Below, piece after piece: positions 15,931-28,675 of a DNA stretch of 64,000 bases; the first letter of the stretch is position 1, and every line of letters begins with the position of its first letter. The DNA comes from Octopus vulgaris (lineage: Eukaryota): the NCBI GenBank assembly GCA_951406725.2, contig OX597816.1, positions 72,602,001 through 72,666,000 on the forward strand. Direction: 5' to 3'. Both the position numbers and the translations under genes were made by a program. The notes beneath the pieces were generated by a model. That model worked only from the letters and a program-made list of their open reading frames with translations, made no database searches and was not told the DNA's origin.

Positions 15931-16989
15931 AAAACACTAATGTTTTGCTGCTAAAGAAACGATCAAACGATCGGAAGTCATCGACCAATTTTATATTAAG
16001 CAGTGTCTGTTAGATAGCGGCATATTTCTATACACGTATAGAAAACGTATGAATGTTGAGTTGATGGTGCCTTCGGAAAGCAATGTTGAATTGCCGCGTA
16101 AAAGGAAGAGCCTGCGATATAAAAGGGTTAGGGACTTCTGTGAGATGCGAGAATGTTCTGCGTTCAGTGCTGCCAGTACATGTCATGGGTTTGTTCTCCG
16201 ATCCACGATATCCTCCCCGGCTGCTATCGGAATTAGGAAATACGGTAGAACAGTGATTCACCAACTGTTGGTCGGGGCAGAAAATGGCATTATCATCGAT
16301 ATTCTTTTAGTCTTTTACTTGTTTCAGTCATTTGGCTGCGGCCATGCTGGAGAACCGCATTAAATATGATAGAGACATGTGACAGAAAGACCAAACCCGA
16401 GAAAAAAAAAAGCAAAATCACATTCTCCGCTATTGGTGAAACAAAATAACTTCAAGTCTTCCATTGGCTATTCGTACGGCTCGTTGTTATTGGATGATGA
16501 GTGAGGCTCATTCTCGTTGTTTTAAATCATGTCATCGGTTTGTTAATTGTTACGAACGCTGTTGGCTGATAACTTGTAGCTTGGAGCTGGTGAAGGCTAC
16601 AAACTACTGCTGCTTACTACAAGGTAGGGATGCTACTTTCTATTGGTAGGACGAGGTACTAGCGTCTGATTAACGATTTCGTTATTAAGAATAAAGTTCA
16701 TGAAGGGTTTCAGAAAGTTTATGGGAGATATAAACTTCCAATTAGTCTCGTCGTTGGCAGTAGAAAAGGAGTTCAGGTCTTGTGTATTGCAAAGCAATGG
16801 GTTATTGGCATATTTAAGAGGAAACTTAGGAGAAAGTATTAATTGGAAACTAATATACTTATGAAGAAGGTACTCTCGAAAAAATTTATTATCAATTTCC
16901 ATCAATGTCAAAAATTTCATTATCGTCACATGGTTATCAGAATAGTTTACTCAGAAGAGAGAGCAACATTTGTGATTCTTTTGTTGGAG

Positions 16990-17720
16990 CTAATCTTCGC
17001 CAGCTTTTCGATGTTTGGTTTATGATTTGTGAATGCCAATCTCATGTCATTAAAGAGGCAAGATTCCATTCATTTCTTTGGTATGGAGTCTTAAATCTTT
17101 TACATACAGTATGTTACGAAACACAGCGTGACAGAAATAAGTTGGAAATGGAATTACTGCTTCCAGTGCCAACTTTATAAGCTGATGCAACGGTGCCAAC
17201 TTTGTCCGTCTAGAAATCTGTTTAACTATGAACCTGTCAAGCAAATGGAATCAGAAAAGAATATTGCTAGCGTCTTTGTTTTGTCTTTCCAACAATCCTT
17301 GTATAAAGTTTTTGGTATCGACCACATCCCATAAAAATGGTTTCTTCATGCCTTCATCAACAGTTTCTATAAGTATGTAGTTCTCCAACGTACTCTGAGG
17401 CTCTGACAAATGATTGCCAGTTCCTCCACAATGATAAATAGATTTCCGGTTGTTCCCCTGTTCTTTCCAGCAGAAAAAAATGGCAAGAAATTTTCTTTTT
17501 TAATTCGGTACTCCCAAAGTGACAACTAGTTTCTTTTAAAATACCTTTGTCAAGATACCGCAACTTGTTTGCTGTGAATTCCTCCATGCGGAGGTTCCCT
17601 TCATTCAAATGATTGTATTCACGTGAATGAACTGACAAATAGACAACAAACACACTGAATTCTTGGTTCCCGAACTCTTTCGATAAATTCTTTCCATTTC
17701 CCAGAGAATAAAAAATAAAC
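16990..17720 (-). pseudogene. Degenerate hAT (Buster/Charlie-type) transposase, C-terminal part
   Basis: Minus-strand pieces LSKEFGNQEFSVFVVYLS..EYNHLNEGNLRME (cf. LAYL.DIF.HLNELNL.LQG), LALEAVIPFPTYFCHAVFRNILYVK (cf. dimerisation motif LLPFPTTYLCE.GFS) and DMRLAFTNHKPNIEKLAK, with stops and frameshifts. Confidence 0.7.
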
Positions 17721-18699
17721 GACAATTTCCTAAGACATATTAACAACTTGATACAATATCCACCTCACAAATGCAGCAATACCAGTCACATAATGGGGGT
17801 CGATGTAACCAGCTAACTTCTCTCTCCCAAAAAGCAAAATTTGATATTCACTCGCTAATTCTTCGCAGAAAAAATATGGATATCCTATGATAAAGAACTT
17901 TGTATCAAACGAAATTTACAGATATAATCACAATAGCCCAAACTTTTCGAAATTCATATAATAAAACCTTTACAGCAATTCCATGAAGTCGTACATAGTG
18001 ATAAGATTTCATGGGAGATATTCTTTCTTTTACCAGAGTAGGAAAACCTTTATTGTATAGAAACACCCCAGTGCGTTCTATTCATGCTCGATTAGTTAAA
18101 AGTAAGCCAAGAAAACGGAAAACATTAAATCTTAGGGGTAAGCGGGTCAGTCGAGCAAAGGATGACGTGCAAAGTTGGCTGCAGCGGGATTTGAACTCAG
18201 AATGCAAATAGCCAGAAGAAATGTCGCTCAGCATTTTTTCCGACGCGTTCATGATTCTGGTGATTTCTGCTTTAAGCTGCAAAACCAGCAGTTTTAAGGG
18301 GAAGATTTTAGTCGATTTATTCAATCACAGTACTTGGCCGGTACTTTATATGGTCGATCCCGTAAGGTTGAAAGGCAAAGTTACCTCGGTGTCATCTGAA
18401 CACAGAACTTATTTTATGATGTTTGTGTTAAAGACTGAGGGTGTAGGTGGTGATGGTGGTGCTGGTGTCAGCGGTGGAGGATCCAGTGAGATGCTAGATG
18501 CGATAAATTCAGAGAATTGCTGAAGGCATTTAGTGGTGGAAGAAAATGGATCTTGCATAGGTTAACGACTGTCAATTGTATACACACGTGTGAATATGGA
18601 TTTCATATGTGAATGGAGGTATTATATAAATCGTTATATGAACATACAACGCGTAAGATTTAAACGTACACAGACACAGACACACACTCACACACATGC

Positions 18700-19072
18700 A
18701 TAAAGAGAGAGAGAGAGAGAAATAGGAGTAAGAGAGAGAGAAGGAAAGAGAGAGTACAGGAGTTGAGAGAGAGAGAGAGAGACAGAGAAAGAGAGAGAGG
18801 AAACAGGGGTGAGGGAGAGAATGAGAGAAAGGGAATGGGAGTAAGAGGGAGAAGAAACAGAAGTGAGAGAGAGAGGGAGAGAGGAAACAGTAGTGAGAGA
18901 AAGAGAGAGGGGGAGAGAAAGAGAGAGAGAGAGAGGAAACGGGAGTAAGAGAGAGAGAGAGAAAGAGTGGATACAGTGGTGAGAAAGAGAAGGAGAGAGA
19001 GGATAGAAGAGTGAGAAAGAAAGAAGGAAGGAACGAAGGAACGAAGGAACGAACGAACGAACGAACGAACGA

Positions 19073-19124
<52 letters not shown>

Positions 19125-19160
19125 AAAAAAGAAAGAAAGAAAGAAAAAGAAAGAAAGAGT
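18700..19160. repeat. (GA)n, (GAAC)n and (GAAA)n purine tract
   Basis: Directly visible. Confidence 0.95.
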
Positions 19161-19592
19161 GCGAGAACAGACAGATTGGACAGATTTATATTCATAACGC
19201 ATTTGTATATCGAATGTGATTCTGATTGCCGAAAATGACTTTTCGAACCGCAACGGTTATTAAATCTGAAGATGAAGACAAACGTAGTCTGGTATTGTGC
19301 AGTTTCCGTGATGGATCTCGTATAAAACCCGCATTTGGCACTTACCGTTCTTTTGAACTTATAGCGTAGTCGCAGATTTGAAGATGCTTGTTAAATTTGA
19401 CAACGTAGTATAAAAGAAAAGGCTACGGTAACTAAAAGGAAGAACAAACCCGATTTGGTTCCCAGTTCCTTAGGAATCCATCAGACAATAGTTTACCTTG
19501 CAATCCGAAATATGGGAGACAACAGCTTTTTGGAGATAAATATAAACAATCGACAAGCAAAATTAATCCTAGTGTATACTGTTGCTGTTGAT

Positions 19593-19953
19593 GCTGAGCG
19601 AACGGTCTTCGTCCCAGAGCTCGCAAGATGGGAGAAGTCCGAAACGTGGTCCTTTGCTATTCGTAAGACCCGCAAAAGAGAAAGCAGGTCAACCCCCGAC
19701 ACCGAGAGCATCGACGGATGGATGAATGTGCATCCAGGCTCAGCGGTTGCGTAGGAAGTCGGGGACAAGAAAGAGTGAGAGAATTTGAAGCGAGAAGAGT
19801 ACAACAGGGGTCGCCACTACCCCCTGCCGGAGCCTCGTGGAGCTTTTAGGTGTTTTCGCTCAATAAACACACACAACGCCCGGTCTGGGAATCGAAACCG
19901 CGATCCTCCGAACGCGAATCTGCTGCCCTAACCAGTGGGCCTTTGCACCTCCA
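19593..19953 (-). mobile_element. SINE family C (tRNA-Arg-like head), tail type 1
   Basis: Head related to TGGAGGCGCAATGGCCCAGTGGTTAGGGCAGCGGACTCGCG..GGTTTCGATTCCC. The 3' module matches 45710-46030. Confidence 0.85.
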
Positions 19954-20720
19954 CGCTGTTGCTGCAAGATCAGTTTTTAAAACATTGTCCGCATTCCAGT
20001 TCTTCATAACCAAATTCTGTAGGTAGCGTAGGAAGTAATTCAAGGCCATTAGAATATTACCATTATGGACACTATACTTATATTGTAGGCTGTAAGCTAT
20101 TTTCTTTTATATGGTTCCACATGGTTCCTGGTTCAGTCCTGCTAGGGAAAGTGTCTCCTAATATAGCTTGAGGTCGACCAAAGTCTTGTGTATGGATTTG
20201 TTTGATGGAAACTGAAAGAAGCCAGTCGTATATGTGCGCGTGTGTGTGTGTGAGTGTGTGTGTGTGTGTGTGTTTGCATCTATGTTTGTCCCATAATGTA
20301 TATGTATGTATGCATCTATGTATGTTTGTTTGTCTGCCTACCTGCCTGCCTGCCAGTATATACATATATTTATATATATACATACATTTATATGTATGCG
20401 TACGTATACATATGCATATATATGTACACACACACATCACACACACATATATATACATATATATATATATATATGTATATACAAAGGTACATTATATACA
20501 GAGCCAGAAAGATACGCATACATACATACAGACAGGCAGTCAAATAAACAAGTAGACGAACAAGATTGATAAGTAGCAAGTAAAACTCTGGTACATCGAG
20601 CCCTTTGTAACTTTTTCGAATTAAATATAATTAAAAAAATACAGTTCCGTATTTAAGAGATGAGGAATTATGTACATTATTTACATTTGACGGATATTTG
20701 TCCTCATCTTGTTTGTTGTT

Positions 20721-20766
20721 AACACAACGTTTCGGCTGATAAACCCTCCGGACTTCATCAGGTGTC
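20721..20766 (-). ncRNA. Minimal type I hammerhead ribozyme motif (Penelope/retrozyme type); helix II mutated in this copy
   Basis: GACAC-CUGAUGA-A-GUCCGG-AGGGUUUA-UCAGCC-GAAAC-GUU-GUGUU. Core boxes are intact, helix I is GACAC/GUGUU, helix III is the loopless palindrome ACGU, the cleavage triplet is GUU, and helix II pairs 4 of 6. Confidence 0.7.
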
Positions 20767-20829
20767 TTGGGGAAATTTCAAACCTGGGTTCTTATTCCTA
20801 AGGTATTTTTCGATATTATTATTATCATT

Positions 20830-22958
20830 CAGTAGTATATGTTTTATATCGTGCTTTCACTTCACTACCGAGCGCAACTCTGTGTGCCTTGGGTATGTGC
20901 TGTGATTTGTTGTGATGCTCTGATGGTTATTGTATGGAAAGTGTTCTGCGTAGGATGTGTGCAGTGCCTAGTAGTGCAATTTTCTGTATGTTATATGTGT
21001 TTGTAAGTCCTGGTGTTTTTGTTATGTATTTGTCTGAATATTTTTTTATCATGCCTAATGCACCTATTATGATAGGAATTGTTTCTGCTTTTAGATTCCA
21101 CATTCTGGTTACCTCTGTTTCCAGGTCTTTGTATTTTGAAAGTTTCTCCATTTCTTTTAGAGACACGTTGTCATCCGCTGGTATTGATACATCAATTAGA
21201 AAACATTTTTTTCTTCATGATCTCTGACAACTATATCTGGTCTGTTGGCCTTGATTTCTCTATCTGTGTGTATTGGCATATCCCAGAGTATTGTTGCTTT
21301 CTCGTTTTCTGTGACCTTTTCTGGTGTGTGCCTATACCATCTTTTTTCTGTTGTTATTCCATAATATTGGCATAGTTTCCAGTGTATATAGGTCCCAACT
21401 CTGTCGTTTCTGTGAATATATTCCTTCTTAGCCAGGACTGGGCAGCCAGAGATAATATGATTTATTGTTTCTTGTCCATCTCCACATATTCTGCAGTTAC
21501 TTGTTATATTTCTTTTCATTACATGTTTTTGGTAATTTCTGGTGGGGAGGCTTTGGTCTTGTGCTGCAATTAAAAATCCTTCTGTCTCTGCTTTGAGTCC
21601 TGAGCTTCTCAACCATTTCTGGGATTTTTCTTTGTCTATTTCTTTTGCATTTAGTTTAGTCCAGTATTTACCATGAAGGGGCTTTTCTTGCCATTTTTCT
21701 TGTTTTCCTATCTATTTTGGTCAGTTCATTTAGTGTCCAGTTAAGGATATTGTAGCTGTAACTTATAACTGGGACGGCTAAAGTGTTGATACCTATTATC
21801 TTGTTTTTAGCATTGAGCTCTGTTTTCAGTATGGATCTAACTCGTCTATAATATTCTTTTTTATTTTCTCTTTCATTTGTGTGTGTTGTGTCTTATCTAG
21901 TTCATGGATTCCTAAGTATTTGTAAGTTTGGCTTTGGTCTAATTCTTTTATTTCAATGGTTTTATCTAGTGTGATGTTGCTACTCTTAATTAGTTTTTCT
22001 CTTTTCAGGGTTACTTTGGCACATTTCTCTAATCCAAATTTCATATCTATTTCTTTGGTAAATTCATGAACTGTCTTTAGTAGTGTTTCCAGCTGTTTAT
22101 CATTTGTAGCGTATAGTCTTAGGTCATCCATATATAAAAGGTGGCTGATCTTTTTGCCGTAACATTTATATCCGCATCCAGTTCTGTTTAGCATATCCGA
22201 TAGAGGTGACAGTGCCAAGCAGAAAAGGAGTGGAGAGAGCGTATCTCCCTGGAATATTCCTCTTCTAATGGGGACGGCTTTGGTTTTCACAAGTCCCTCT
22301 TTTGTTTGGAGCTGTAGCACTGTTTGCCATTTATTCATAGAGTGTCCTATGTACTTTATAATTGTTGATGCAACTTTGTTCATGGCTAGTGTTTCGAGAA
22401 TCCATGTGTGGGGGATGCTATCAAACGCCTTTTTGTAGTCGATCCAGGCCATACTGAGGCCTTTCTTCTTTCTGTGGCTGTCGTCAGTTATGGCTTTATT
22501 GATCATTAGTTGATCTTTACTGCCATATGAGCCTTTGCGGCATTCTTTCTGCTCTTCTGGAAACAGGTTGTTTTCGTCCAGGTGCTTGTTCAATCTTTGC
22601 GATATTACTACAGTAAGTGCTTTGTACATTGTGGGGTGACAGGTTATAGGTCTGTAGTTTTCTGGTTTTGCTGTCTCATTTGATTTGGGAATTAAGATGG
22701 TTTTTCCCTTCGTGAGCCATTCAGGCATTGTCTCTGGCTCTGCCAGTATGTTGTTAAAATTTTCAGCCAGCTTTTTGGGCATTCCGGTTAGATATTTCAA
22801 CTAGAAGTTGGGGATCTTGTCATGCCCAGGTGCCTTCCAGTTGCTTAGTCTTTGCAGTGCCTGGGTGACCTCTTCAGTTGTTATGGGGGTCCAAAGTTGC
22901 TCAGATGCTGAGTTTGTTGTTTTAATACTCCTTTTTTTTTGGCTGTTCGTTCGCCGAT
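20830..22958 (-). mobile_element. Dong/R4-like non-LTR retrotransposon (RT + CCHC + restriction-like endonuclease), 5'-truncated and inactivated
   Basis: NWKAPGHDKI, NYRPITC, WIDYKKAFDS, GIFQGDTLSPLLF, HLLYMDD (ORF 21826-22800); CRICG..ETINHIISGC and NRPDIVV (21196-21612); KYKDL..IIIGALG (20927-21166). Stops and frameshifts. (TAA)n on both sides. Confidence 0.92.
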
Positions 22959-24002
22959 CATTATTATTATTATTATAATTATTATTATTATATTATTATT
23001 ATTATTATTATTATTATTATCATCATCATTCAGGTCACTGCCTGGAATCGAACTCGGAATCTTGGGGTTAGTAGCCCGCGCTCTTAACCGCTACTCCATA
23101 TGCCCGGATTGAATTCTGTTTATTCTGTTCGTTCTATCAAATCCACACGCGCAAGCACACACACACACACACACACATACACTCACACGCGCACACACAT
23201 GGCTTGATTGTGATTGTGTGTGTGTGTGTATACTTGCGTGTGCGTATATTCAATGCGAACACCACGTAACTGCCATACGTCCCATTATGCTACATTACTG
23301 AAAGCCATTATTTCCATCAAGTGGTATTATCAATATTTTTCAAATGACGATATATAAACGATACATACGGAGTCCGTCATAAATTCCTCCAAAAATCAAT
23401 ATATGAGCTAATGAATTAGATCAATTTATGAATTCAATTAATGAATCACATAATCAAATCCATTAATAAATGATTAGCTTTTATTAGATGATTAATGAAT
23501 TCAAAATTTTCCTAAAATAAATACGTTTTTAGCTTTTCAGGTTTGATTCAGGAATCAAATAGTTGAGTGGATGGCGGCAGCGAATTGCTGTAATGAAAGT
23601 TTATTATTAATATTAAGTAAGTTGGTCATGTATATTATCTCTATGAATTATTTCCAGTATGTTGTATGAATTACATGAAACAATACAAATATCTAAAATG
23701 AAAATTATTAAAAAATTTAGTCGAGCCAAATCGTCGCGAATGATTGTTAATGAAGTGCTATGCCGACATTCAACATATATATTTTCTTAAAGATGAGTCT
23801 CAACCATAAGATTCGCTTTTCCGGTATATTAGATAATATAATCATCAACGTAGACCATATCTAGTTTCCTTGGATTCCGGATTTCCCACCCTTAATATTT
23901 AAGATAATTGTACAATGCCAAGGGCATATTAAGCTTCCGGTGTGCTTACCAATTTGAGCTTACGGATATATCTGTGTGTATTTGAACGGATATATCTGTG
24001 TG

Positions 24003-24310
24003 TGGAGGCGCAATGGCCCAGTAGTTAGAGCAGCGGACTCGCGGTCGTAGGATCGCGGTTTCGATTCCCACACCGGGCGTTGTGAGTGTTTATTGAGCGA
24101 AAACACCTAAAGCTTCACGAGGCTCCGGTAGGGGGGGGGGTGATCCCTGCTGTACTCTTTCACCACAACTTTCTCTCACTCTTTCTTCTGTTGGCCTACT
24201 CGCTTAGCCAGCGGGGTGGCGACATTGAAGGCTAAAGCAATGCGAAGCGCATTGTGACCAGCGACGTGTTGCAACATCTGATGGCCTTGTCGGTCACGTG
24301 ATCGCGTGAT
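24003..24310 (+). mobile_element. SINE family C, tail type 2
   Basis: TGGAGGCGCAATGGCCCAGTAGTTAGAGCAGCGGACTCGCGG..GGTTTCGATTCCC, with a distinct 3' module ending GTCGGTCACGTGAT. Confidence 0.85.
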
Positions 24311-24554
24311 ATCTGTATAATTTCTACAGTATCGAAATATTGACGGCTCGGGTTTTAGGTGAACAATATAGTAAAATTCTATATAGACGTAGGTGCGGCA
24401 TACTGTTGTAAGAAGCTTGCTTCCTAACCACATGGTTCCTGGTCCAGTCCCACTTTCATCTCGTCGACCACAGCATTGTGAGTGGATTTGGCTGACGGAA
24501 ACTGAAAGAAGAATTATATATATAATTTGTATACATTTGTATATATAATGCGTG

Positions 24555-24632
<78 letters not shown>

Positions 24633-24758
24633 ATGTGTGCATTGTGTGGTCGGTTGAGCTGAAAATATGCACACATATGTTAAAAGTGCTGGCAAGTTTG
24701 CATGACGACTATTTTTTTCCTCAAATGAAAGGCCTGACCTCTAGGACAAAATTCCTCA

Positions 24759-25809
24759 TCTTATAAAATGTGGCCCCAGTAGACCCGAATGAAATCGGGT
24801 TATATTAACCAAAATGTGAAAAGGGGCCTCAATGGGGCTGGAAGGGGATTAACATTTAAAGGAGCGGGTGCTTAGGAATTCTCTGTTACATCAAGCTAAA
24901 ACATTTACGCCAGCCTTTTAATCGTCAATGTGTTGCCGTCCATGATGAAGTTTTGAATGCTTGCCATGGTGAGTCTACTGTCGTGAGAAAGAATCACTTC
25001 AAAACTTGGTGTTTAGGAATTTTCTTTTACATCAAGTTCAAAATTTTACGCCAGCCGTTAAACTGTCAATACGTTGCTGTCCGTCGTTAAGAGATGCCAG
25101 ACTCTACTATCCTCAGATTCTATCCCTTCAAACTTTGGTTTTCAATATTTTATTATTTTTATTCAGCTCGCAAATTCGTCTGTTCCTTTTAAATGTTACT
25201 ATTTTGCTGTCTCCCTTGAAGCAGACCTTTCCGTTGCCACTGCCTGATATTTATGATTGATCTTTCTAAATATTTTATTTCTCAACTTACTCAAGATCTT
25301 TTGTTGTTTATAAATGGGAGAGAGATAGATAAAGATAGAAAGTAAGAGAAAGCGAAGGAGAGTCCGAGAGAAAAGAAAAGTAAGAGAGTGGGAAACTGAG
25401 AGAGAAACAAAGTGGGAGAATCATCATCATCCTCATCACCATCATCATCCTTTAACGTCCGTTTTCCGTGCTAGCACGGGTTGGACAGTTCGACCGGGGT
25501 CTAGGAAGCCAGGAGGCTGCACCAGGCTCCAGTCTGATCTGGCAGTGTTTCTACATGAGGATGCCCTTCCTAACGCCAACCACTCTGTGAGTGTAGTGGG
25601 TGCTTTTTTCGTGCCGCCGGCACAGGTGCCAGGGGGCTGGCAGCGGCCACGATCGGTTGGTGCTTTTTACGTGCCACCAGCACAGAAGCCAGTCAAGGCG
25701 GCGCTGCAATTGGCCACGTTCGGATGGTGCTTTTTACGTGCTTAAAGGAAGCAACAGAAAGTAACAACCACACTCTTACCCGCGCGTAGAGCGGGTCACC
25801 TTAAGCTAG
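24759..25809 (+). mobile_element. Candidate non-autonomous Helitron
   Basis: 3' hairpin ACCCGC-GCGTAGA-GCGGGT (25778-25796) followed 9 nt later by CTAG|T. Putative 5' end A|TCTTATAAAA. Internal diverged duplication with about 140-bp period (24867 / 25008). The 5' boundary is uncertain. Confidence 0.5.
25421..25741 (-). mobile_element. SINE family E fragment with RTE-like 3' end
   Basis: Minus strand GGTTGGCGTTAGGAAGGGCATCC...GAAAACGGACGTTAAA-(GAT)n, with internal repeats of GCACGTAAAAAGCACC. Confidence 0.7.
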
Positions 25810-25831
25810 TATATATATATATATTCATACA

Positions 25832-26080
25832 TACACAGAAGTGCTGAAAAGTTCTCGGTTTTAAGGGCATCGTGAAAGGTCTGATTGGAGGACTAACCTT
25901 CTGATTTCTTTTCTGTTTTTTTTTTTTTTTGCTTTTTTCAGGGCTTCAAAAAACTGAAGGACCGCTGCAATAAGTGTGTGAATTTGAGAGGGGAATATGT
26001 TGAATAAAATCATAATTAACTGATGATCCCCCTGTATTTTCTTCTTCCCCAAGCCTGGAACTTTTCAGCACCCCCTCGTA
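25832..26080 (+). mobile_element. Mariner-derived MITE (second family)
   Basis: TIRs GTGCTGAAAAGTTC and GAACTTTTCAGCACCCCCTCG|TA. Internal FKKLKDRCNKCVNLRGEYVE* is a mariner transposase C-terminus. Confidence 0.8.
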
Positions 26081-26919
26081 CATACACACACATATATATA
26101 TACATTCATACTAACATATTTATACACACTGACACATCCCCACATGCATATCTACATACATACATGCGTTCATACAGACAGACGTATATATTCTGGTATG
26201 AATAAATGTTTACTGAGCGAAGAGGTCTTATCTTTAAATACATGATTAAGCTTGTAAAATAACACGGTATTACATAACATTGATTTTTGTTCATTGACTA
26301 TATAATTTCCGCCTTGCTCTTCCCCTGTCTGTCTCTGTCTGTTTCTCTCTCTCTCTCTCTCTCTCCCTCTCTCTCTCTCTCTTTCCTTTGTTCCTCCCAA
26401 TAAGGGTATTCTAAATACCTGCATTTTTACTATATATTTTGGCTTTACTAGAATGCAAAAAAATGAAGGATTTACCGTTAACGAATATTTATACATATTG
26501 ACACAAAACGCATTTGGACATACGTTCGCAAAGACATACGTACATACACACAAACATGCATACACAGTGTCACAAACACATACACATGTGGCTACACGTG
26601 TTTCATGTATGTAGACTATACATGCATGAACGTATAAGTGTATTTTATATGCGTATATAAATATAATTAATTCATATATGCCTGAATTAATTATAATGAT
26701 ACAGAGGTAAAAAAAAAAATCTTATCAACTGAAAGGTAAAAATATTTAAAACAAAAAAACAAAAAAACAAATAAAAAGCAGAGAGCAGAAAGCGAGAGAG
26801 AGAGTGAGAGAGAGAGAGTGAGAGAGAGAGAGAGTGGGAGAGAAATGGAGAGAGGAAGAGAGAAAGATAGAAAGTAGTGAAGAAAATGGAAAAAGAGAAG
26901 GAAGAAAGAGAAATAAATA

Positions 26920-27251
26920 ATGACCATCTCCACCACCATCACCACCACCAATACCAGTAACTTCAACTTGACCATCATTATCTATACATCCACCATCATC
27001 ACTACCATCAGTGCCATCACTACTACCACCACTACTACCACCATCACCACCATCAACACCACCAGTACCACCACTACTACTTCCATCACCGTCAACATCA
27101 CCACCACCACCACCACCACCACCACTACCGTCATCTTCACGACGACGACGACCATCGCCACAACCACCACCACCACTAACACCACCACCACCCAAACCAT
27201 CACCGCCTCTGCTGCCAAAACCACCAGCATAACCACTACTACTACTACTAC

Positions 27252-27285
<34 letters not shown>

Positions 27286-27320
27286 CACAGCTACCACCAC
27301 TTTCACCTCCACCACCTTCC
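26920..27320. repeat. (CAC)n/(TAC)n microsatellite
   Basis: Directly visible. Confidence 0.95.
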
Positions 27321-27879
27321 CTCTCATCTTAATTCTCCTCTTTTTGTTTTTACCTCGAGATTGGTAAATTGATGTTTATACGTTACACTTTTACGCATCA
27401 ACGTTTCACAATGTCAACACAAAACGCCCCCTCTCCAATTCGAACCCTCAATGCCGCATTTACACCCTATCGTTCGTTAAGTCTTCTCTCCCACCCTCAC
27501 CACTTTCACTATCATCAATGACAACATCGGCAACAGCAAAAACCAACAATCCCACCACTACTACCGCCACCATCACCACCACCACCACCACGGCCACCGC
27601 CGCCGCCACCTGACTGTGTACAATGCTCAATAGCGTGGAATAACAACTATTCTGCAACCGGTAATGGGATTAAATATAGAGGGAAAAGAAAGGAAGAAAG
27701 AGATAGAGAGGGGGGAGAGAATGGGGAGAGAGAGAGAGAGAAAGAGAGAGATGAAGAAAGAGGGACATGGAAAGAGAGGGAGGGAGAGAGAGAGCGGGGG
27801 GTAGAAATAGAGAGGGAGATGGAGAGAGGGAAGGAGATGGAGAGAAAGGGAGATGGATAGTGAGGGAAATGGAGAAGGG

Positions 27880-27910
<31 letters not shown>

Positions 27911-28289
27911 GGAAGAGAGCCAAATGAAATACCATAATTTCGAGATGCTACAATCGGACCTGCCTCCCTCCCTCCCACCGAATCTCTATTCCGACTGAAA
28001 AAGCATCTTGTATGACATTCGCATCGAGTCAAAACCCATCAACAATGGCCGTAAAGACTATTTAGAATTCACGAGTGACACAGTCCCCGCTTTCGTGTCG
28101 TTTGTTTTGTTTTGTTTTGTTTTGTTTTGCTTTGTTTTTTTTTTCTCTCTTCTTCCCCATGCTATGTCATCTGACTTATGTCAGCCGCACGGATTTATCT
28201 AATAATAACGATATTACAACCCGTAATAATATAACGAAGACGATAATGATAATGACTAGCGATAATGCTGATGCCAACGATAGTGATAC

Positions 28290-28291
28290 TC

Positions 28292-28342
<51 letters not shown>

Positions 28343-28396
28343 GTAATAATAATGATAATAATGATAGATAATAATGATAGATGATAATAATGATAG

Positions 28397-28433
<37 letters not shown>

Positions 28434-28618
28434 TAATAATTATGATATTGATAATAATAATAATAATAATAATGATAATAATGATATTAATAATAATAAT
28501 AATAATGATGATAATAATAGTAATAATAATAATTATAATGATAATAATAATAATAATAATAATTATAATAATAATTATAATGATAATAATAATAATAATA
28601 ATAATAATAATTATAATG

Positions 28619-28675
<57 letters not shown>

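Larger units (their letters stand above)
20641..23106 (-). mobile_element. SINE family F: tRNA-derived head, internal (TAA)n, hammerhead-bearing 3' part; split by a Dong-like LINE
   Basis: Head at 23106-23030: GGGCATATGGAGTAGCGGTTAAGAGCGCGGGCTACTAACCCCAAGATTCCGAGTTCGATTCC (A and B boxes). After removing 20830-22958 the two TAA tracts join and continue into ATCGAAAAATACCTTAGG...GACACCTGATGAAG...CCGAAACGTTGTGTT. That the two halves form one element is inferred. Confidence 0.6.

Noticed and set aside
19594-19656. Hammerhead-like CTGAGCGA...stem...GAAACGTGGTC on the plus strand
   Set aside because: The first box is non-canonical, no helix I can form, the sister copy at 45710 lacks the motif, and it is antisense to the SINE. 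The stem is better explained as a SINE 3' stem-loop.
21826-22800. Intact, active reverse transcriptase gene
   Set aside because: An in-frame TAG just upstream, downstream frameshifts, an internal deletion and 5' truncation mark it as a dead LINE copy.
23030-23106. tRNA gene calls for this and the other SINE heads
   Set aside because: A and B boxes are present, but acceptor stems are incomplete and each head runs into a repeat body, so these are SINE heads.
27934-27995. Possible minus-strand exon (TTTTTCAG|...ATG|GTATTT)
   Set aside because: Short pyrimidine tract, weak donor and no recognisable peptide.
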